Assembly: GCA_004431415.1 (NCBI GenBank)
Contig: QPMI01000038.1
Span: forward strand, 1 to 64,000
Length of the DNA stretch: 64,000 nt
Source of the DNA: Cyanophora paradoxa CCMP329
Lineage: Eukaryota; Plantae; Glaucophyta
Direction: 5' to 3'
Part shown: positions 50,919 to 61,600 of the stretch, one piece after another
Layout: each line of letters starts with the position of its first letter
How positions within the stretch are numbered: the first letter of the stretch is position 1
Notes under the pieces: model-generated
What the model was told of the DNA's origin: nothing
Database searches by the model: none
What the model saw: the letters and a program-made list of their open reading frames with translations, nothing else
Translations under genes and position numbers: made by a program

Positions 50919-52460
50919 ATGCCCCTTCGTGTAATTCTCAGTCTCTCAGGTGGGGGAGCTCGTGGTATAATTATTACGAGATTGTTAACAGAAATCGAAA
51001 CTCGAACAGGAAAAAGAGTAATTGACCTTGTTGATCTGGTGAGTGGAACATCCACTGGTGGGATAATTGCGATTGGTCTCAATGTGAAAAATCCCGAATT
51101 TCCAAACGAACCTAAACTCACTGCAACCGATTTGCATTCCACTTATCTCAATCAACTCCCCTTAATCTTTGCAAATCCCAGAAATATTATTGATAATGCA
51201 CTTTTCAACACCAAGTATGATGTGACCCCATTGGAGACAGCCATTCTCACTGTTACTGGTGAGTCTCTCATTCAAGACTCTCTCAAAGATGTAGTGATCA
51301 CAAGTTTTGACACTGTGAGTATGAAGCCCATTTTTATCACCAATGATAACTCCTACAAATCCATCCCCAGCAAGATTGCTGCAAGATCCACCTCTGCTGC
51401 TCCAACATATTTCTCACCTGTGAACTATGATGGGATGTCTCTAATTGATGGTGCAATCTCAGGTAACAACAATCCCAGTGTATGTGGTTACAGTCATGCT
51501 AAGAAGATCTATGATGATGATGATGATATTATAGTGATAAGTATATCCTGTGGTGAAGTCAATGAAACAGATGCTCCAAATGTGGGTTACTCTTATGAAG
51601 ATGTGAACAGCTGGGGCATCCTCTCTTGGATTGCTTCGACCTCTGGAAGTCCATTAATCAATATGTTGATGGCTGCAAGTGAACTCTCTGCTCTGGAAAA
51701 GATGCAAGAGTTTCTCCCATACAATGATGATCAAGGATATGCAAGATATTATAGACTCTCTGTTCCACTTCCAAAGACCATAGTAAACTCTTTGGATGAT
51801 ACCTCTAAGATCCCAGATATGATAGATGCAACCGAAATGTACATAGCAGCAAACACTGTGATGATTGATAGACTCTGTGATTTACTGGTTGCAAATTACG
51901 AAATCAAGAACCCTGCAAGGTTCTATATATCATCCACTCTGAATAACATACCTCCCATTGATGCTAACTGGTATCTTCTATCAGATGGTGCATTCACTGC
52001 TTCATCATCGAAAATTGGAAGGGAGGCATTTAAAGCAAGACCTTCATTAACAGGTTGGGAGGCAAATGCATCTGCTCCTGATGGAATATGGAGTGTTCCC
52101 ACTGAGTATCTGCAAGTATCCTTCCCATATATATTTGAGGTAGCATCTATAATTGCGTATGGTTCTGGTGTAACAAACGCTTTTATTAAGACCTTCAATG
52201 TTGCAACATCACAAGATGGTGTTTCCTGGTCATTTATCAAGTATGAAGGTGTCAACAGAGTGTTTATGTGTGAAACTATTAATAATGCCCACAACAGTGG
52301 TGATGTCTCATACAGTTCTGGGTATCCCACCTCTATTAGAGACGTTTTCTATATTGGCTACCCTCTGAGGACAAGGTATATTCGAATTTATCCACTTGTA
52401 TACATCAACACCCCAACTATGAGAGTGGATGTCACAGGTGCATTTATTCGAAGTGTATGA
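50919..52460 (+). CDS. Patatin-like phospholipase fused to a discoidin domain
   Basis: LSGGGARG, GTSTG, STSAAPTYF, DGA; YLQVSF..FIKTF.V..SQDG..W..TRYIRIYP..MRVDV.G. Ortholog of 3080..4573. Confidence 0.9.
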   Translation: MPLRVILSLSGGGARGIIITRLLTEIETRTGKRVIDLVDLVSGTSTGGIIAIGLNVKNPEFPNEPKLTATDLHSTYLNQLPLIFANPRNIIDNALFNTKYDVTPLETAILTVTGESLIQDSLKDVVITSFDTVSMKPIFITNDNSYKSIPSKIAARSTSAAPTYFSPVNYDGMSLIDGAISGNNNPSVCGYSHAKKIYDDDDDIIVISISCGEVNETDAPNVGYSYEDVNSWGILSWIASTSGSPLINMLMAASELSALEKMQEFLPYNDDQGYARYYRLSVPLPKTIVNSLDDTSKIPDMIDATEMYIAANTVMIDRLCDLLVANYEIKNPARFYISSTLNNIPPIDANWYLLSDGAFTASSSKIGREAFKARPSLTGWEANASAPDGIWSVPTEYLQVSFPYIFEVASIIAYGSGVTNAFIKTFNVATSQDGVSWSFIKYEGVNRVFMCETINNAHNSGDVSYSSGYPTSIRDVFYIGYPLRTRYIRIYPLVYINTPTMRVDVTGAFIRSV

Positions 52461-52482
52461 TACATCAGGACTTCTGATGTAT
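52460..52482 (+). terminator. Hairpin directly after the patatin stop (possible 3'-end signal)
   Basis: ATACATCAG-gactt-CTGATGTAT. A second palindrome TACAGTAGCTACTGTA lies at 52507-52522. Confidence 0.35.
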
Positions 52483-52910
52483 GGTGCACCAGATTATGGC
52501 TTTTTTTACAGTAGCTACTGTATTTTGCATTATTTTACTGTATGTTCCTTACAGTAGAAAGTAGCCGATAAATCGTTTTTTCGAAATATGTGTATGTAAT
52601 ATATACGTATATATACTTGATACCTACATCATCGTGTAGGTCGTTTTAAGCGCTTTCCAGCGCTATGTCGACGGTCGCGATCTGATGATCTGGTGGTGAG
52701 ATACAAGCGTTTGAAGTTGCCGACAGCCCCACAGTGGGAACGTTACGCGATGCCGACAGTAGTAACGCGAACCGTCAAGTATATATGCGCATATATACAT
52801 TTTGCCCACAAAATCGCAGATTGGTCGGTCGCCGACTCGGGGGGCTCAGTGTCACACGAAATTTATGGTATATATATATATGATGAAACACGTGATGTCA
52901 TGACGTCATA

Positions 52911-53100
52911 ATGGTTGCGCAACCAGCGCAACCATGATGCAACCATGGTTGCGCTGGTTGCGCAACCAGGTTGCGCAACCAATTTTTTTCCAATTGAGTG
53001 GTTGCGCAACCTGGTTGCGATGATGCAACCATGGTTGCGATGATGGTTGCGATGATGCAACCATGGTTGCGATGATGGTTGCGATGACGCGCAACCATTT
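52911..53100. repeat. Array of ATGGTTGCG/GCAACCAT motifs in both orientations
   Basis: Repeated GGTTGCGCAACC and GCAACCATGGTTGC palindromes. Confidence 0.9.
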
Positions 53101-53128
53101 TGCGATTCATAGAATTATCCGATTGACA

Positions 53129-53258
53129 GAAACTTCACCGAAACTTTACCGAAACTTCACCGAAACTTCCCCGAAACTTTTTCGAAACTTCACCGAAACT
53201 TTTCCGAAACTTCACCGAAACTTCACCGAAACTTCACCGAAACTTCACCGAAACTTCA
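53129..53258. repeat. 11-bp tandem repeat GAAACTTCACC, ~12 units
   Basis: Directly visible, with a few variant units. Confidence 0.95.
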
Positions 53259-53418
53259 ATATCGGTCATACATATGTATTTTATTACCAGGTGCTCCGTT
53301 TTTAAATCTGAAAACAGATTCGGAATCGCCACGATAGCGCCAATCAGGATTCGTCGTGATCGGGCACTTACAAAATAAAAAATTGACAAGGATTTTCTGG
53401 ATTCTCCCAACTTCTGCT

Positions 53419-53661
53419 ATGGATCCCATCTACCAAGACCCTGCTATCATCCATGCTGCCCAGTCAGACTGGATCCATGATTTCAAGACTGCTTTCTATT
53501 ACAATTTCTTCATGTCACAGCCAGAGCATGTGAGACTGTTCTTTGTTTATAATTACCAACTGGTCTCAAACCTTGAAACTTTCTTCTTGGAAATTATTGA
53601 AAAAGATAGACAAATGAGGAAAATTCGCCAGAGGTCTAAGAGATTCCGAAAGCGTTGTTAA
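53419..53661 (+). CDS. Hypothetical small protein with basic C-terminus
   Basis: MDPIYQDP...RKIRQRSKRFRKRC; converges on the integrase stop with a 1-bp gap. Confidence 0.5.
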   Translation: MDPIYQDPAIIHAAQSDWIHDFKTAFYYNFFMSQPEHVRLFFVYNYQLVSNLETFFLEIIEKDRQMRKIRQRSKRFRKRC

Positions 53662-53662
53662 T

Positions 53663-54667
53663 CTATTTCCTCTGCCCACTTCGTAGATTGAATCGAGTTT
53701 GGGGTGCAGTATATGTTTCTTTGGTGGTTGAAAAGTCATTATACCACCTCTGACTGTTGACTTCTGATAATTTCTGGGTTCCTGCTATGGTCAACTTCTT
53801 TAATTCTTTCTCTACTCTACCCTTCTTTTGTGCTCTTGCTTCTGTGAGGGGTTCTTTTGGTATTTCACTTGCTTTTTCTATGCCCTCCTTTCTGATTGCT
53901 GAATCAACCCTGGCTTCCTCCTTTGCCTGTTCAAGAGCATCCACTGTGGGAGTTTCATGATACTCAACACCTTTAATGGGCAGCAGTTCATGAAAAGCGA
54001 ATCTACCATCAACTATCTCACCACTGGGACTTCTGATTCTGAACTTGAAGCCCTCTCTGCCCTCCACACTATAAACAATTCGAGACCAATTAACCCCTTG
54101 CTTTGCAAATGGATTCTTTTCAACTTTCACTCTCACAAACATTCCAGGTTTCAGGGCATCAAGATACTCAATCGATTTCTTGAATCTCTGATCCTCCATA
54201 TTCACTATCTCTTTGTAGTGGGCTTCTGTGGTCTCTGCTGGTTTTCTCTTGGTTGCAGAGTGAATGGTATTATTATAATTATACTCAATATCACCCAACA
54301 CATCAAAAAATCGTGCAGTATTATTTGCAATGCAGTAGTTTGTGATCAATCTCTTGATCTGTCTGTTAAAGGCTTCAATTCGACCTTGGGTTCTGTGATC
54401 TGCAACATCACTTAGTTGATGCTCAATGAATTTTGTTCCCAAATAATCTGTGAACAACACATTGGTAAATTCGCTTCCACTGTCACTCTGAATGCGAACA
54501 ATTGGTCTGGGGACTCTCTGTTCAAGTTGCTTGAATGCTGCAAGTGTAGTTAGAGCACTCTTGTCTCTCATTGGAATTATGAACCCAGTTCTTAGGGTTG
54601 ATTCCATTGCACTCATAAATGTATCATAACCATCATTCTGCTTTTTGTATGCAGGAAAGAAGAGCAG
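53663..54667 (-). pseudogene. Polinton-type rve (DDE) integrase, 5' part displaced by LTR insertion
   Basis: Y...NDGY..., IQSDSGSEF (2nd D), GRIEAFNRQIK (E), YNNTIHSAT..KP, G.FVRV.....F.K....WS..VY.V. The first catalytic Asp falls at the insertion junction. Confidence 0.88.
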
Positions 54668-54950
54668 TGTCGCATCCGACATTATAGCGGATGCTCGTTT
54701 GTGAGCCGCTAGGGTTCTAGATGATGTGCGCAGCCTTCGTGCTGCTAGATCGACGGCGCCTAGGCTAGTTAGAGCGCCGCGGTCACTTGTATGCGTGTGT
54801 CGGGGTACGCCGTAGCTGGACGGGTACACCCTGAGTCTACCATCCCGGTGGCTAACACCAGCAGCACTCGCCAAACCCCGCCCTGCCGAGCTTGCACTCC
54901 GCACGGGCTTCCCGCGCGCACGATTAGACACACTAATCTCGCACGCGACA
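54668..54950 (+). repeat. Probable 5' LTR (TG...CA, 283 bp; alternative end 55160)
   Basis: TGTCGC...GCGACA terminal inverted hexamer. Confidence 0.65.
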
Positions 54951-54968
54951 GGCGCCACTGCCGGGAAT
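54951..54968 (+). promoter_or_regulatory. Primer-binding site, tRNA-Asp-like
   Basis: GGCGCCACTGCCGGGAA directly after the LTR resembles the Athila-type Asp PBS TGGCGCCGTTGCCGGGGA. A second PBS-like stretch lies at 55161-55185. Confidence 0.6.
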
Positions 54969-55028
54969 TTGATCGAGCTTGAGCTCTCTTTTACAACGCG
55001 CCCCCGGCCTCTTCCCCCTCCGTTCCGA

Positions 55029-55101
55029 AATCCCGTCCGCGGGATCCGAACCGGGGATCTTGGCTCGTAGAGCAACAGCTCTACCAACTGAGCCAAGAGG
55101 G
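55029..55101 (-). other. tRNA-derived sequence (A and B boxes), not a functional tRNA
   Basis: Minus strand CCCTCTTGGCTCAGTTGGTAGAGC...CCGGTTCGGATCCC. The acceptor and anticodon stems pair poorly. It is flanked by CCGTTCCGA direct repeats (55020-55028, 55102-55110). Confidence 0.6.
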
Positions 55102-55636
55102 CCGTTCCGATGTGAGACTCGCGTCTCGGCGCCTGGTGCGCCACAATCTCGCACGCGACAGGCGCCATTCTGCCGGAATCGAACCTTCAAGGGTCGCTGG
55201 ACTTCCAGGCTCTGCCCGCGCCGCGCGCCTCGCCGCGCCGCCTCGCATAAGCTTAAAGAGATCTGGGACGAGCTTTCCGGGCGACCGCCACTTGTGGCGT
55301 GCTACGCTGCACACTTCGGCCGCGTCGCCTCTGGGCGGGCTGATTGTGCTTCGGAAGTGACTCTAGTGTCCCTCGCGGGCTTCGGTGCATCCCCAGACCG
55401 AAGCGCACGCACGAGCTCTCGCGAGAGTCTCAATCATTGTCTGTGTCCCTTCGCCGGTTGCACGCTTCGCGTCGCACACTGTGCCCCGGAGTCTGCCAGC
55501 GGCAGTTCTCTGAGTGTCCCTGAGTCGGTTCTCGCACGCCACGAGAAGACCGTGTCCCGGATCTGCAGTGCGCTGCAGCTCAAATCTTGTGCCCTGGCAT
55601 TCTGTTCTCGTGGCTATACGCTGCAAAGAGAGCAAT

Positions 55637-58600
55637 ATGTCGAACACTTCTGAACTGATCAGTTCTGAAGTCCGTAGCCAGCTGTCCGCACTTGCGCACG
55701 TTGAGCCTGCGAAGGCCGAACTTGCTGTGCAGCTCGCTGGCACCGCCGCTGCGGCGGAGGATGATCCCGCGCGGATCGCCTTCCTCCCCGCGAAGCCGCG
55801 CCTCGCCGACGGTGACCGGTTCCGGAAGGATGTCCGGAACTTCCAGTCGGCTCAGCCGACGAAGTATCTCTTTGGCCCGGACACTGCCGGCGGCCAGGAG
55901 TATACTAAGTCTGAGGCGCTTGCCGGAGTGATCGTCGGGCGCATCCGCCCCGGCGCCCTCCGCGCCGAGATTGAGCGTAAGCGCGACCTCTATGAGGCCT
56001 CTATTGCTGGCCTGGAGCGTGACCGCGCCCTGCTCGCTCGTCTCGGACTTGTCCCGGCTGATCTGCGGACTGCCGAGGATGAGGCTGCAATCTTGGCGCT
56101 GCAGCAGAGCTGCGCGCGCGATCATGCCACTATCGTGGCCGTGCGTGACTCGTACTTGCGTGCCCCCGGGCTCCTCGCGACGATCACGGCATGGATTCAT
56201 GAGACGCGCCCGCACGCGGCCCGCCGGGCTCTCACTGAGCCCTACACGGGCGAGGACCCGCGCTCATGGCATGACTGGTTCATGCCCCTAGTGCAGCACA
56301 CGCTGCCCCAGGGCCAGCGCCTCGCCGTGTACTATGCGGAGTGTCTGCGCACTGCGCTCGAGGCCCGCTCGACGAGCGAGGACCCGGAATATCAGAACCT
56401 CGATGTTCGGATGGCCGGGTTCGCCCAGGCGAACGAGCGCACTCTGCGCGCGTTCCTCGCCGCGCTGCAGCAGCGCATCCTTGCACAGGACGGCGCCCTG
56501 TCGCCGCTCCAGCTCGACGAAATCTTCGTCGCAGCGTGCAAGACGCACGGCTGCCGCACCGTGCTGCCCCCCACGGCCACGGCCGCACTCGAGGCGCCGG
56601 AGGCTAAGAAGCCCCGCGTGCGCAAGCTGGCGCCGGTAGCGGCCGCCGCCAGCGACGACGACGGCGACGAGCCCATCGAGGCCGTGCCCGTCAAGTCCGT
56701 CAATGCGGCCCCGGGCACGAAGGCTCCGCAGGGCGCGCCCGTCGCGGGTCGCCGGCACCCCGACGAGGAGCGCCTGGGGTACCCGAGCACGACCACGTCC
56801 CATGCCCCCTGTGCATGCACGTGGAGATGCCGGCCCTCGACCGCTGCCACTTTACGTGGAACTGCGTGTGGGGCACGGCCCCCTTCCCCAATATCCCATA
56901 CTCCGAGTGGGTGAAAGGGATTGCGGATAAGCGCGCGCGGCGCCGCGATCGGCCGGCGCGCGAGGAGGATGCCGCCGATGAGCGCAGCGAGCCCGGCCCG
57001 ACCCGCGGCGGGTTCTCGCACCGCGGCGGGCACCGCCAGGAGCCGTACGCCCGCGGCGGCTACCGCAACGACCGCGGCGGCTTCGGCCGGGACCGCGGCG
57101 GCGGCTACAGCCGGGGCGGCGCCACCCGCGCCCCTGCCTCCGGCCCGAACCAGCGCCCGCTGGGAAGGGCAAGGAGAAGAGCGCCCAGGACGACCGTGAG
57201 CCGGGCTGCTGGACCTGCGGGTCTCTGGACCACATCCGCCGGGACTGCCCGGACGCTGAGTCACAGGGCCGCGGCGGACGCGGCCGGGGCTACGGCCAGG
57301 ACATGAACCGCGGGCAGCGGCCCCGGTTCAACCAAGTTCGCGCCGAGAACGAGCCCCGCTCTGACTCGCCGAACTCGGCCGCCATGGCTGCATTCTTCCA
57401 GCACCTGCAAGTGATGCAGCAGCAGGCCGCCCTGCACGAGAGCGCGCGTGGCGCCAGCTCCTCGTCTGCAGGCGGCAACCCGAACGCCGGCGCCCCTCCG
57501 GGCGGCCCGTCCATTCGGTCGCTGTCTGTACATGTGATGCCCGTGGGCACGGATTCCGACTCGGACGAGGCTGCGGCCGTTGCAGCGGTCCGCCAGCCGT
57601 CCGACGCCCTCGCCATGGCCGCCAAGGCGCGCGACCAGGCCGCCTTCGATGCCGCTGCGGCGGACATCTCGGCTGGCGCCCTCGACGATGCCACTCGCGA
57701 GGCTGCGTTCGAGCGGGACCTCCGCTGCGCCAACCCGGCCAGCGAGGACGGCTCCGGGGAGTCCGAGCTTGGGGAGAGCGACGCCGAGCGGCTCGACACG
57801 GACTCCGAGTCCGCCCCGAGCTCCGACCCTGGCCAGGGCTCCGCGCCCTACGCCAGCGACACCTCGAAGCCCGCCTATTTCGGGCCGTTCGGTTCTCCGG
57901 ACCGCGACGTGCCCCAGGCACCACCCCGGTGCTCCACGAAGTCGTGGGCACTGGATTACATGCCGTATGACCACGTGCCTGCCACGGACGTGGAGAAAGA
58001 GGGCGAGCGCGAGGGCGGGCCCTACTTGCCCCGCTACGTGAGCCCGGTGCTCATGCCGCTCACAAAGTGGTACGCCCACTTGACGGCCAAGCCCCGTGAC
58101 CTAGAGCGCGCCATTGGGCTGCTCTTCACGAACGGCCTCGACGACGCGAAGCAGACGCTGCTCGTTCGCGAACTCGCCCAGGAGGGCCCGAAAGGCATAG
58201 CCCTTGACCGGTTCCTGGGGGCCTGCGGCCTGCGGCGCCCCGAGCGCCTGCTGCTGGGTCGCCTGGCTCACCGCACCGAGGCTCACTCCCTCGCCTGCGT
58301 GATCGAGGCTGCGGCGACGATCGCCAAGCTCGATTACCGCCTCCAGGAGGGCCCCGATTCGAGCATTGCGATGCTCGCAATCCGCGGTGCCCAACTCAGC
58401 CACCCCGTCACCAAGTGCTCGGGTATTGGCTCGGCCCCTGATCCTGAGGATCTTTGGCCCGACGACCCCAATGAGCTCGACGTCGCCTCGCTGAAAGCTT
58501 GGGACGACATGCTATTGTCGTGGGAGCGGCACGCGCCCGCCTCGAACGTCTGGGGCCTCGCCTCAGACTCGAGCGCACTGCCGGACAGCGAGCGTTTACC

Positions 58601-61600
58601 GCTGCTATCCCTGCTCATTTCGTCGGCGTACCTGCTCGCTCAGCCGGGCCTGAAATGGCCGGGGATCCAGCACCTGCAGGTCGAACCAAACGGCGACCCG
58701 CGGTTCGACATTACGCCCGACGGGAACGTCTCCCGTACCGTGACGGGCTACCACGCCATGCGCACAGCGCTCGCTGCGGCTCGCGAACTCCTCGACGAGG
58801 ATTCCGACTTCCACGCTTACTGCGTGCAGCTTGTGCTTGCCATAATCCGTTTCCGGACCCTTACGGTGCTGCCGGGCGCACTCGGATTCGAGAAGGGCAG
58901 CCTTTTCGCGTGGATTAGCCCTAAGGACGTGGCCCCGCCACTGTCGCTGTTCCAAACATACACGGAGCGGCTGACTGAGGTTGCCGGAGCCACGTGCTTC
59001 GACACGCGCGCCAAGGGCACCGTCCCGAGCGCGTTATCGCCATGCAAAACAGCCGCCGCGCTCGCTGCATGGCCGGGGAGCCGCCGCTCGTGAACCTGTC
59101 CGAGCTGGTGCAGCACGGCTCAGACCTTGAGGGGTTCCGGGCCATCAAGTTGCTCCCCGCGTCGCCGTGCGCCGCCTGGCCAGGATCCTCGACCTGCGCC
59201 GCCCCACGGAGTTCAGCAGCTTGCTGTTCTCCGACTGGCTCATGGGCCTGGGGACCTATCACGCCGCCCCACGGTCGTGGTAGACAGCCCCGTCGGCCCC
59301 GGCGAAGGGCTCCGGTTCCGGGAATTCCCGAATGCCGACCCCCTCATGCTTGGACCGAGTGTTGAAGCGTTCTACGATCGCTCCTACCCGATCACTCGCC
59401 GCGGGCGGTGCTGTGACTACGATGTCATTGAGCTGCTGGCATCCCGCACTGTCCCCCGTGAGGGCCGTGGCCCGCTCCCTGGCGGCGTCCGTGACTCGAG
59501 CGAGTACTCATGGCTCGTGAACGCCCTCCACGGCGAGTTCTCTGCCGCGAACCGCTGGGGTGAAATGCACCGTAGCATTTTCACCTGGGTTTGCTACTGC
59601 ATCTCGCAGTCCGGCGTCCGCGCCGTTGCTCTGCTCGAAAAGCCGCGCGACCGCGTGCGCTTGATGCTGGGCGAGGTACGCCGCCGCTTCACGGCCAAGC
59701 GCTCGCACCGTCCGGTCTGGGATGAGTTCGATGACGACCTCCAGACCAGCGACCGCATGGCTCGCGAGGTCGCCGAGCGTGAGGCCGCCGCCGGCCGCCG
59801 TGGCCGCGGCAAGGGCAAGGTCGACGAAACGACCTCTGCCGCCAAGCCCGCTCGCACCCGCGGCACCAGCCGCCGGCCCGCCCCCGCCAAGCCGGCAAAT
59901 GCCGAGGCCGAGGGCGAAGGGGAAGCGGAAGAGGGCCCCGGCACGCCCTCTCCTGACCCCATGGAGTCCGATGAGAGCGCTGGCGTCGACAACGACACGC
60001 GCGAGAGGATGCGGCACGCGCTCTTTGTCCGTGCGGGCATTGACGCCCACCTCTTCGAGCTCATCGGCTGCCCCAGCCCCTCTAGCCGTTGGCCGACTCA
60101 GGTCGAGCACATGTGGCTCGCCAACAGCGGCCTGCAGCCGGCTCAAAACCCGGTCACGCTGCACATCGCTCCCGACCCGGAGCTCGCCTCCTGGCTCGAA
60201 GCTGAAGCGGCCCAGCCGCCCTGGCGCCGCTTCGCCTGGTTCCATGAGAACCCCGACCGCCCCCAGTGGGAGCGGCTGGAAATCGTCATGCCGAATCGCC
60301 ACCCGGCGAACATTCGCATGCTGAAGCGCGCTGTCGCTTCCTTCGAGCTCGCCGCCTCCAGCGCCGGCTTGCTCGTGCCGCTGCCGGACCTGCCGGCCGA
60401 CACCACGCAGTGGAATGCCCTTCACTGGGACGCGTTCTTCATAGATCGCTTTGAGCTGCATGTGTCGCACCTGCCCCCGTACTATGTCGAGGGACGCTGG
60501 CGCTCTTCCGCCAACACGGGCCCGACCCTCTCTGAGGTTGTCGCCCCAGTCCCCAGCCATGCGCGCTGGATGCTGTCCTGCCTAGACAGCGGTCGCACCG
60601 GACCGGGCATCACGCCCTTCGTCCCGCGCGAGCAGCAGAAGCTGCCGGACGACGTTAGCTATTTCTATGACATGGTTAACGCCTCGCACCCGGGGTGCGA
60701 GGAGCTCGTCCGTACGCTCGCCCCGGCGTACCCGGCAAACCTCGAAATTCCCGAGGTCGTCCAGCGCGAGGCCGCAAAGGACGACTCGGATTCGTGGCTG
60801 GCCACCAGTTACCGCTGCTACGACACCGTCGTCGAAGGCGCTAATTGGCTGCTGGGCGAGATCCACGAGGCCCGAATTGGCGGCAACGCCCCAATTCGCT
60901 CCCTTCCCTTTGTGCAGTGGCTCGACAACTGGGAAGGCGAGGCCCGCCGTAGCGAAGCCGATCGCGACGCTGAGGGCGACGTGCCCATGGCCAGCTCCTC
61001 AGCTGCGCCTGTCGCCGGACCGTCCGGGGTCTCCACTGCTACGGCCACGCCGGCGGCACCTGCTGCTGGGGCCCGCACGTGGTACGACGGCACGCCTGAG
61101 CGCGTCCGGTACTGCGACAAGTACTGCGTGCTGCTGCCCGACCCGCTCGGCGGTAGCCCGGCCCGCAATCCGACGGCCGAGCAGTACCCGTGGGCTGCTA
61201 TTCCGCGGCTCGTGCCGCTCACCCTCGGCGAGAACGGGCCGCCCGACGCGCCCTGCGTGAATGCGACTGCCCCAGTCGTCACGCGTTTCCACCCGAACGC
61301 GCTCGACGCTGATGCAGCCATGCACTGCCTTGCCTCCACGCTCATCGCAAACGTCGAGGGCCATAACCGCGGCATCCCCGCCGCGGTAATGTTGTATGGC
61401 CCGCCCGTGCCACCGGCACCGACGTCCATGCAAGGCACCGACGTTCAGGGCTTGCCCTACGTCGCGGCGATGATGGGGCTCGACGAGTCCATCATGCAGT
61501 GGGTCGCGTTGGAGCCCACTCCCGCAAACCGCCTCGATGGGCCGATCACGCGCGCCTACTCGGTGCTGAACACCGCCCTGCACCACACGTGCCGCCAGGC

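Larger units (their letters stand above)
41470..52482 (-). mobile_element. Endogenous virus copy C (terminal arm to patatin); right boundary uncertain
   Basis: Starts CACACATA inside a tandem-repeat unit. It has the same terminal architecture and gene order as B and the same divergent fibre/patatin pair as A. Confidence 0.85.

Noticed and set aside
1-52460. Bacterial prophage
   Set aside because: No terminase, portal or HK97 capsid. The DJR-like MCP, Polinton-type integrase and LINE/LTR context point to a eukaryotic host.
55029-55101. Functional tRNA gene (including a CTA suppressor reading)
   Set aside because: The anticodon, T and acceptor stems do not pair canonically.
54668-55168. N-terminal third of the listed 501-aa integrase ORF
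   Set aside because: Fortuitous read-in from the antisense LTR; integrase similarity starts at the junction.
56780-59270. Programmed ribosomal frameshifts in the gag-like ORF
   Set aside because: Five slips, all in short C runs without X XXY YYZ slippery heptamers, are better explained by sequencing error or decay.
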